Below, piece by piece: positions 55,667 through 62,579 of a stretch of DNA of 64,000 nucleotides. Source of the stretch: Dehalococcoidales bacterium (GTDB lineage Bacteria; Chloroflexota; Dehalococcoidia; Dehalococcoidales; JAUWZL01); the NCBI GenBank assembly GCA_034413595.1, contig DAOUMC010000026.1:1320-65319 (forward strand), written 5' to 3'. The notes under the pieces are model-generated. The model was given only the letters and a program-made list of their open reading frames with translations, ran no database searches and was not told the DNA's origin. Each line of letters starts with the position of its first letter. Position 1 is the first letter of the stretch. A program made the position numbers and the translations under genes.

Positions 55667-56629
55667 TTAGCTCAAGATTGCCCTCTTGACAAGTCCTTGG
55701 GCCATGGCAATCTTGTACTTGTTGAGGGGAAGGGCAATTGCCCCACTAAGGGCGGCTGTTGCCGCGGCATCGGCTGTGGCTTCGGAGATGGTATTGCCTA
55801 TAAGGGCATCCGCGGCCCCGGTTGCCAGTCGCGGTGTAGTGGCTACGGCCCCCAGGACAACACGGGCACTGGTAACGTTGCCGGTTGCCGGGGCAATGAC
55901 CATGGCGGCGCTGGCCAGGGCGAAGTCAACAGCTCTCCGTATGGTTGCTTTGGCAAAAGCCTGCTTGCTGCCTGACGGCTGGGTTGGTATCTGGATTTCG
56001 GTGACTATTTCGTCGGCATCTAGCACCGTTGATGTAAAACCATCAAAAAAGGCACTGGCATCAATCGTCTGCTTGGATGTCTTAATCTTGGCATCCAGAG
56101 CGACCAGGGCAGTGCCGGTGTCGCTGATGCTGGCGGCAACACAACCGTTAGTTGCACCGAAAATGGAGTGCTGGAAGCGGTGGTCACCCGTTGTGGCGTA
56201 ACAGATGCCGTTGGGGTTCTTCCTCAGGCAGTTGAACTTGTTCCAGGAAGAGCGGTAGTACCAGCATCTTACTTGCTGGCAGATGTTGCCGCCGATGGTG
56301 CCCATGTTGCGTATCTGCCACGAAGCCACCCTGCCGGCTGCTTGGGCCAGCACACCGTAATTTTGCTGCACTACGGATGAAGTGGCGATGTCGTGGAGTT
56401 TGGTCAGAGCACCAATCTTGAGACCACTGCTGTCCTCGTTGATGTATTCCATGTCCGGGATGGTCTTCAGGTTGATGATGTACTCGGGCAGACTGGGAAG
56501 GCTGAAGTATATCATCTCACCCAGCAGGTCGGTGCCACCGCCAATGACCTTGGCCTTACCGGAATACTGCTGCAGGGCGGATGTCGCTTCGGCTACCGAA
56601 GTGGCGTTTATATTGGTAAATTTCTTCAT
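55667..56629 (-). CDS. Xanthine dehydrogenase family FAD-binding (medium, CoxM/PaoB-like) subunit
   Basis: ...KVIGGGTDLL... and ...IRNMGTIGGNI... are FAD-binding PCMH-type motifs. Confidence 0.88.
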   Translation of the reverse strand: MKKFTNINATSVAEATSALQQYSGKAKVIGGGTDLLGEMIYFSLPSLPEYIINLKTIPDMEYINEDSSGLKIGALTKLHDIATSSVVQQNYGVLAQAAGRVASWQIRNMGTIGGNICQQVRCWYYRSSWNKFNCLRKNPNGICYATTGDHRFQHSIFGATNGCVAASISDTGTALVALDAKIKTSKQTIDASAFFDGFTSTVLDADEIVTEIQIPTQPSGSKQAFAKATIRRAVDFALASAAMVIAPATGNVTSARVVLGAVATTPRLATGAADALIGNTISEATADAAATAALSGAIALPLNKYKIAMAQGLVKRAILS

Positions 56630-56640
56630 TTCTATCCTCC

Positions 56641-58980
56641 TTACGCCTTCCCTAATGCTGCCAGAATCTTGTTGGGGGTTATCATGGTGCTATACACCCG
56701 GGCGCCACAGGCGTTGTAGATGGCATTGGCGATGGCCGGTGCCGGTGACCCACAGGAAGGCTCCGCGATGCCCTTGGCCCCCATTGGGCCAAAGTCGTCG
56801 GGATGCTCGTACAGGTGAGAATTGTACTGGGCCGGTATGTCGGCATAGGTCATTATCTTGTAGTCAAGATAGTTGGGGTTGAGGCTTACGCCGGTGCCCT
56901 CGTCCTTGACCATGCCCTCCATGAGGGCGCGACCCACGGACATGGTGGTGCCGCCGTGAACCTGGTTTATGGCCCCCTTGTACCACGCCGTTCGGCCGAT
57001 GTCCTGACTCGTCCACAGCCCCATGACGGTGACCTCTCCGGTATCGGTGTCAACCTCGACCTCGGCCACGCAGGCGTTCCACATCTGGTGCATCCAGTTG
57101 ATGCGCTTGGTGGCATAGCGGCCGACACCGAGGATCATTCCGTTGGTGTGTGCCGCCGAACCGGTTACCTTAGCCACGTCCACTTTCTTGGTCGGGTCTG
57201 CCTTGACGTAGATTGAATTGTCGGATGTCTCAAGGTCTTCGGGCTTGGTGGCCTCAATGAGACCTGCGTCAATGGCGGTCTGGAACAGCTGTTCCTTGAC
57301 GTCACGGCAGGCCAGAATCACCGCTGTACCCGAGCCCCGGGTCACCCGGCTGCCGCCGGTGCCGACCGATTCCTGGACCTGGTCAGTCTCGTAGGTTGAG
57401 ACGTAAACCTTATCCGGCGTCACTCCCAGCTCTTCGGCCGCCATCAGCTTGAAAGCGGTGCGGTTGCCTGTGCCGACGTCCTGTGAGCCGGTGCTGACCT
57501 GGAAGGTGCCGTCCGGGTTGGCGAAGATGTGGCACGACTCCGGGTTGGCCAGGTATCCGTGCCGGCAGGCACGGTGGAAAATGCCGATGCCCCGCTTCTT
57601 GGCCCCGTTTACCGATACCGGTGTTGTCCAGCCCTTCCATTTATCGTTGAAACCGGAATCCTGGATTATCTTCTGTAGCATTCCGGGGTTGGGATTGCCG
57701 TCCATCTCCCATTCGGGGTGAGCCTTGTTGGCGCCGACTCCTGCCTTGGTGCTGACGTTCTTCAGCAGGAAGTCAGCCGGGCTCATTCCGGCCTGCTCGG
57801 CGGCTGTATCTATGGCCACGCCGATGCAGAAGTCGAACATAGGGTGCTGGACGCAGCGGGGCACGCCGGTGCCGGCGGTATTGGTCACCCAGTCATGACC
57901 TTCCATGTAAAGATTGGGGTTGTTAAACATGTATTCCAGGCCCCTGGGGGCATCCGTAGTGCCGCGACCTCCCCAGCAGCCCGATGCCTGGTTGTTTATG
58001 TCCGAGATGGCGGTTATGGTGCCGTCAGCATCCAGGCCAAACTTGAAAGCGTGGTGCTGTCCCGTCTGGGTGCTCCTGCTGTCACTCATCTCGGCGGGCG
58101 TATCACCCTGGTGCTTCACCGGGCGGTTGAGGTCCCTGGAGGCGTAGGCAGCCATGATGAGCCCCTTGTTGGGAATCCCCTTGCTGCCGAAACCGACCCC
58201 GGCAAAGGTGTAATGATGTACCACCTGAGTGTAGGGCAGGCCTAGCTGGGCGGCTGCCGTCCGGTGCTGCCCGTGGGGGTTCTGGGTGCTGGTCCAGATG
58301 TTGAGGCGGTTGCCGTCCCACAAGCAGGTAACCGATTCACACTCAATGCTGGCAGTGTTGCGGTCGCCGGACCACGGCCGGGTCACGGTGTCAACCGAGA
58401 CCTCGACCACCTTGGCCGCCGAGGCAAAGGCGGCGTCTACGTCGCCTACGTTTACCTTAAAAGCTTTGCCGACCTCGTTAGTGTCGCCGAAGATTATAGG
58501 AGCCCCCGGCTTCATGGAGTCCTCGACGTGCAGGACAAAGGGGAGCTGGTTGTACTCCACCTTGATTAGCGACAACGCTTCCTCGGCTATGTCCTCTTCC
58601 TCGGCTATCACTGCGGCCACGGGCTGGGCTTCCTCGTAGACAGTCTTCTGAAGCACGAACTGGCTAGGCGGCCTGGCTATCAGGTCGGGTACGTCATCGT
58701 GGGTATAGACCTTGATGACGCCGGGTAGAGCCTCGGCCGCTGAGGCATCGATACTGGTCACCTCGGCGTGAGCGTAAGGACTTCTCAGGAACTTGAGATA
58801 GCACAGCTCGGCGAGCAGTATATCGTTGGCAAATTTGGCCTGGCCCCTCACCTTGAGCCCGGCGTCGACCCTGGTCTGCTCCGTGCTGCCCATGTATTTC
58901 AGCGTGGCCAGGTCGTGGTAGATGGAGTGAGGGTACTTCTCATGGGTAAAAGCATCTTCGTGAAAATATTCTTCGTACAT
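56641..58980 (-). CDS. Xanthine dehydrogenase family molybdopterin-binding (large, CoxL/PaoC-like) subunit
   Basis: a/b-hammerhead N-terminus (...VDAGLKVRGQAKFANDI...), 779 aa, ...GGGFG-like GVGFGSKG, C-terminal ...KGIAEP... Confidence 0.92.
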   Translation of the reverse strand: MYEEYFHEDAFTHEKYPHSIYHDLATLKYMGSTEQTRVDAGLKVRGQAKFANDILLAELCYLKFLRSPYAHAEVTSIDASAAEALPGVIKVYTHDDVPDLIARPPSQFVLQKTVYEEAQPVAAVIAEEEDIAEEALSLIKVEYNQLPFVLHVEDSMKPGAPIIFGDTNEVGKAFKVNVGDVDAAFASAAKVVEVSVDTVTRPWSGDRNTASIECESVTCLWDGNRLNIWTSTQNPHGQHRTAAAQLGLPYTQVVHHYTFAGVGFGSKGIPNKGLIMAAYASRDLNRPVKHQGDTPAEMSDSRSTQTGQHHAFKFGLDADGTITAISDINNQASGCWGGRGTTDAPRGLEYMFNNPNLYMEGHDWVTNTAGTGVPRCVQHPMFDFCIGVAIDTAAEQAGMSPADFLLKNVSTKAGVGANKAHPEWEMDGNPNPGMLQKIIQDSGFNDKWKGWTTPVSVNGAKKRGIGIFHRACRHGYLANPESCHIFANPDGTFQVSTGSQDVGTGNRTAFKLMAAEELGVTPDKVYVSTYETDQVQESVGTGGSRVTRGSGTAVILACRDVKEQLFQTAIDAGLIEATKPEDLETSDNSIYVKADPTKKVDVAKVTGSAAHTNGMILGVGRYATKRINWMHQMWNACVAEVEVDTDTGEVTVMGLWTSQDIGRTAWYKGAINQVHGGTTMSVGRALMEGMVKDEGTGVSLNPNYLDYKIMTYADIPAQYNSHLYEHPDDFGPMGAKGIAEPSCGSPAPAIANAIYNACGARVYSTMITPNKILAALGKA

Positions 58981-58996
58981 TTCATACCCTCCTTTT

Positions 58997-59671
58997 CTAG
59001 CCTGCTACCTCAAGAATTGCGTCCACAATGTTGGGATGAGCGCCGCAGCGGCACAGATTGCCGGCCAGGTATTCCCTGACCTGTGTGTCTGTCGGCTTGG
59101 GGATGACACTGAGCAGTGCCTTGGCCGACATCAGCTGGCCCGGGATGCAGAAACCGCACATCATGGCATCGTGGCTGATGAACGCCTGCTGCAGAGGGTG
59201 CAATTCGGCCGAGTCCTTGGCCAGACCCTCGACCGTCTCAACCTCCGTGCCCTCAATCTGGCTGGTCAGCACCATGCACGAGAGGACCGGCCTGCCTTCC
59301 ATGATTACGGTGCATACGCCGCACTCGCCGGAGTCGCAGGCCCTCTTGGTGCCGGTCAGCCCCAGCTTCTCCCGAAGCACGTAGGCAAGGGTCCAGTTAT
59401 CGCTGGTCTTGATGGTGTAGTCTTCGCCGTTTACCTTGAACGATACGATACCCTGAACGGCTGCTCCAGCTACGGTGGTGGTTACCGTTTGCGTTGTTCC
59501 GGGCAGTGTAGTCGTAACTGTCTTGGTTGTCTCAGTGCCCTTGCAGGCAGCCAGAAGCGCTGTTGAACTGACAATGACACCACCGGTGAAGATACCAGCG
59601 TCTTTGAGGAATTCCCTCCTAGATAGCCCCGTCTTTGGTACCTTTTCTTTTCTCTTCTCCTTTTCTGGCAT
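58997..59671 (-). CDS. Xanthine dehydrogenase family [2Fe-2S] (small, CoxS/PaoA-like) subunit with TAT signal and lipobox
   Basis: N-terminal SRREFLK twin-arginine motif, h-region, lipobox LLAAC, Thr-rich linker, then C-x4-C-G-x-C...C and CGFC...C..C ferredoxin motifs. Confidence 0.9.
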   Translation of the reverse strand: MPEKEKRKEKVPKTGLSRREFLKDAGIFTGGVIVSSTALLAACKGTETTKTVTTTLPGTTQTVTTTVAGAAVQGIVSFKVNGEDYTIKTSDNWTLAYVLREKLGLTGTKRACDSGECGVCTVIMEGRPVLSCMVLTSQIEGTEVETVEGLAKDSAELHPLQQAFISHDAMMCGFCIPGQLMSAKALLSVIPKPTDTQVREYLAGNLCRCGAHPNIVDAILEVAG

Positions 59672-59807
59672 ACTTGACTCCTTTAGAATTCTTAATACAA
59701 TTCTCTACTAGACGACGTTTATTACTCTTGCAGGCACCACCCCCTTTCTGTATATTTAACAGTTCTGTCTGAAATTCCGATTATGGCTCTGCACACGATA
59801 GGGAGAG

Positions 59808-60038
59808 TTACTGTTTAGGCCGATAAGTAGATGCCGGACTCTCAGCATCCTGGTTCTCCCCGGTAGGGCCTGCCAAGTAACCCGTTCTCCTCCCCTTGGT
59901 CTCCTCCCATAGGTCCACAAGCTGGCAGATAAAACCATCGTAGCACTGGCCCGGCGCCCGGTGTTTATCCAGCCTATCCTTAGTTTGTTTCCTAACCCCG
60001 ATGGTTGTCCTGAACTTACTGATCATATGTTTAAGCAA
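59808..60038 (-). CDS. Possible small ribbon-helix-helix/VapB-like (DUF217-type) protein
   Basis: TTIGVRKQTKDRLDKHRAPGQCYDGFICQLVDLWEE fits the 't-I-x-V...drL...g.s..d.I..L' pattern of small antitoxin-like DNA binders. There is no convincing RBS and the start is uncertain (TTG 60038 or ATG 60026). Confidence 0.35.
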   Translation of the reverse strand: MLKHMISKFRTTIGVRKQTKDRLDKHRAPGQCYDGFICQLVDLWEETKGRRTGYLAGPTGENQDAESPASTYRPKQ

Positions 60039-60119
60039 GAAGTTTATTAGTTTTGTTTCATCCTTCAGGGGTAGTCCATACCAAAGCTATCCCCATAACT
60101 TGTGTCTTAGAATCCTCCT

Positions 60120-60161
60120 AAAAACAAAAAAGGGTGAAGGGAATTGATTCTCTTTACCCTT
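60120..60161 (-). terminator. Intrinsic terminator on the minus strand
   Basis: Minus-strand AAGGGTAAAG-AGAATCAATTCC-CTTCACCCTT followed by TTTTGTTTTT (9/10 bp stem). Confidence 0.6.
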
Positions 60162-60252
60162 TGGCTACATTCTCTGCTGCAATGGATAGATTATTAAATC
60201 GCCCACTGAACACCCTATAACATCGGATGCATCAACATTCCACTGAAGATGA

Positions 60253-60281
60253 TTAATAGCATATTATACCATCCTTGTCAA
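60253..60281 (-). promoter_or_regulatory. Sigma-70-like promoter TTGACA-17-TATTAA (minus strand)
   Basis: Perfect -35 hexamer at 60281-60276. The -10-like TATTAA is at 60258-60253, with a 17-nt spacer. Confidence 0.4.
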
Positions 60282-60466
60282 CAGCCGTCTGTTATTGGTA
60301 TGGGTCGGTCGTTTCGGATACCAAAATTTATGGTACATGCCGCCCATCGTTTGACTAAATTGACCTCTATTCTATTCGGGGGTAAAATTACAGGGAGCGG
60401 TGCTGGAGATGAGTTCAGAAGTTCTGTCTATTTTAGCACCCGTCATTCCTGGAGATCTGTAGCAAG

Positions 60467-61216
60467 ATGCTGGTAACCGTTGATAAGGAAATTCTGCATC
60501 AACTAGTGGCTCAGATTGAAGAGGACAAGCTTTCTGTTTTAGACCCCGATTTTGTTCGTGAGATAGTGGAGTCTACCAGGCGTCCGCGAGAGAAGATTCC
60601 GGATGTCACTCAAAGAGCGCTGCCTCCGGAGATTGTCAGGGAAATCATAGGCTACATCCAAAAGGGCGAGTTCAAGGAATCGCCGCGGTGGGCCAGGAAG
60701 CTGACTGCCCACCACTACGCCGAGAAGCTGTTTAAAGGAGCCCTTACCGCCAAGCAGGTAGATGACTGCTACGGCTGTCTTCAGCGTTTTTCCGGATTGT
60801 TCCAGGATGCGGGCTGGGTGGCCTTTCTGGAAGACCCGAATATCCGCTTCAGCCAGAGGAACAAGGTTTTACGCCTGTCCGGGGATAATAAACTGGTGCT
60901 TGACCTGATTTACAGGCTGCTGAACAAGCACGAGACCGACCTGCTGCCGGGCATCGTAGAAGAGTACCATAATCTGCTTCAGGGCATTTCCATTATAAGG
61001 GCAGAGGTCACCACTGCCGTGGCCATCGACCATGCATATGAAAAGAAAATTATCAGATATCTGGAAAGAATGTTTGACACCAGAGTGTTCCCTGCCTTTC
61101 TTGTTGACCCCAAGATACTGGGTGGCATAGTCATCAGGGTGGGTGACAAGGTGCTGGACCACAGCCTTAGAAGCCGGTTACTCCAGCTCAGCAAGACGAT
61201 TAGAGCCGAGCAATAA
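60467..61216 (+). CDS. ATP synthase F1 delta/OSCP-family protein with about 85-aa N-terminal extension, orphan context
   Basis: Residues about 85-249 align by eye with AtpH: HYAEKLF, ...FLEDPNI....K..VL, ...LLNKHETDLLPGIVEEY, ...AEVTTAV..., ...DPKILGGIVIRVGDKVLDHSLRSRL. No other atp genes are nearby. Confidence 0.7.
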   Translation: MLVTVDKEILHQLVAQIEEDKLSVLDPDFVREIVESTRRPREKIPDVTQRALPPEIVREIIGYIQKGEFKESPRWARKLTAHHYAEKLFKGALTAKQVDDCYGCLQRFSGLFQDAGWVAFLEDPNIRFSQRNKVLRLSGDNKLVLDLIYRLLNKHETDLLPGIVEEYHNLLQGISIIRAEVTTAVAIDHAYEKKIIRYLERMFDTRVFPAFLVDPKILGGIVIRVGDKVLDHSLRSRLLQLSKTIRAEQ

Positions 61217-61375
61217 AGGCTGCGGAGAACTTTCTTAATGATACAGGGGTGATAAAGGCTTGCCAGGGTTTATCAACCTCATCGGCGGCTCTGGCCACTG
61301 CCGAGTGTATTGTCGGTCTGGTCGAAGACCTGTTAACATAGAATCAAGAGCCTGTGCTCAGAAAGGAATAAGCGC

Positions 61376-61855
61376 ATGGCAGAAACTGAAAAAGCCGCTC
61401 TTGCCCCGGACTTTACCGCTATTGACTCCGAAGGCAGGACGGTAAAACTGGCGGACTTCAGGGGTAAGAAGCACGTTATTCTGGTGTTTAACCGCGGTTT
61501 TAGCTGACCCTACTGCCGCCGGCATATGGCGCAGTTGCGTCACGATTACCAGAAATTTGTTGACCGAAGTGCCGAGGTCATAGCGGTGGGACCTGAAGAT
61601 AACCAGAGATTTTCCGACTTCTGGCACAAGAAGCGTATGCCCTTTACCGGCATACCCGACCCGGAACACGCTATCGCCAACCTGTATGGACAAAAGGTGA
61701 ACTACTTAAAATTCGGCCGGATGCCGGCTCTTTTTGTCATTGACAGGGAAGGCAGAATTCGTTACCAACACTACGGGAGCTCCATGAGCGATATTCCCGA
61801 AAACAAAGAAGTCCTGTCTCTGCTGGATAAGCTTAACAACGAGACGACGGGATAA
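61376..61855 (+). CDS. Peroxiredoxin-like (AhpC/TSA redoxin fold) thiol oxidoreductase with in-frame UGA, probable selenocysteine (UxxC)
   Basis: ATG 61376 reads 43 codons to TGA 61505-61507 and continues in-frame into the tracked ORF 61526..61855. The joined sequence ...HVILVFNRGFS-U-PYCRRHMAQL... puts the UGA at the first Cys of the RG-x-x-C-P-x-C redox motif. A SECIS-like hairpin follows. Confidence 0.7.
61512..61535 (+). promoter_or_regulatory. SECIS-like hairpin 4 nt downstream of the in-frame UGA
   Basis: ACUGCCGCC-GGCAUAU-GGCGCAGU: 8 bp with one bulged C, and an apical loop beginning GG, 16 nt from the U of the UGA. Confidence 0.5.
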
Positions 61856-61944
61856 ATTAGTCCGGTTTCTCTATCTATACTTCTGCCTCTACGACCACGT
61901 CATTTGCAGCCCACACCACTATCAGGAGTGGTATAATACCCAAT

Positions 61945-62553
61945 ATGCCGGACCTGCTTAATACATTTATATTGACCTTCATCCCCCTGTTTATAGTCAT
62001 TGATTCCGTTGGTAGTCTGCCTTTTATCATAACCTTGAGCCAGGGGATGACTGACAGCGAGCGGCGCCGGATGATTCATCTTGCCGTGGCTACCGCGGTC
62101 GTTGTCGGGCTTATCTTTCTCTTCTTCGGGCAGCTTATACTTAATGTTATGAATATCTCCATGGGCTCTTTTGCCATCGCCGGTGGAATCATTCTGCTGG
62201 TGCTGTCAATCAAGTACATGACCACCGGACGAATGGTGGAAGCGGTAAAGGAAGAGATGATAGCCGTGGTGCCTATCGGCACTCCGCTGCTGGCGGGACC
62301 GGCCACAATCACCACCCTGCTTTTGCTGGCGAGCCAGTTCAAAGACCAGCTCTATATGGTTCTTGTCTCCTTCAGCCTGAACATGTTTTTGGCCTGGGTT
62401 ATCTTCCTGGCGAGTGAACGTATTACCCGTTTCATGGGGCAAGGCGGCATCAAGGCGCTGTCCCGGGTATTCAGCCTGCTGCTGGCGGCCATCGCCGTTA
62501 ATATGGTTATCCGGGGCCTTGAACTTATCGGTGTTCTGAGGGGATTGACCTAG
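61945..62553 (+). CDS. marC: MarC family (UPF0056) integral membrane protein
   Basis: ...FIPLFIVIDSVGSLPFI... and six TM segments are typical of MarC. TGGTATAAT lies 7 nt upstream of the ATG with no SD. Confidence 0.85.
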   Translation: MPDLLNTFILTFIPLFIVIDSVGSLPFIITLSQGMTDSERRRMIHLAVATAVVVGLIFLFFGQLILNVMNISMGSFAIAGGIILLVLSIKYMTTGRMVEAVKEEMIAVVPIGTPLLAGPATITTLLLLASQFKDQLYMVLVSFSLNMFLAWVIFLASERITRFMGQGGIKALSRVFSLLLAAIAVNMVIRGLELIGVLRGLT

Positions 62554-62579
62554 GGGCTGGGTCGTCGGAACCTGGGGTC

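Noticed and set aside
60120-60250. Tried to assign the roughly 125-nt leader to the purine, Moco or other known riboswitch classes
   Set aside because: I could not find the conserved cores: there is no UAUAAU...GGAUAUGG...CCGUAAAU pattern and no CCUCC/GGAGG P1 of the Moco motif. Its class is left unknown.
60249-60476. 75-aa + strand ORF in the 59.7-60.5 kb gap
   Set aside because: It has no RBS and an odd composition. It overlaps a minus-strand promoter and the + strand TTGACC-17-TAAAAT promoter of the atpH-like gene, so the region is more likely non-coding and regulatory.
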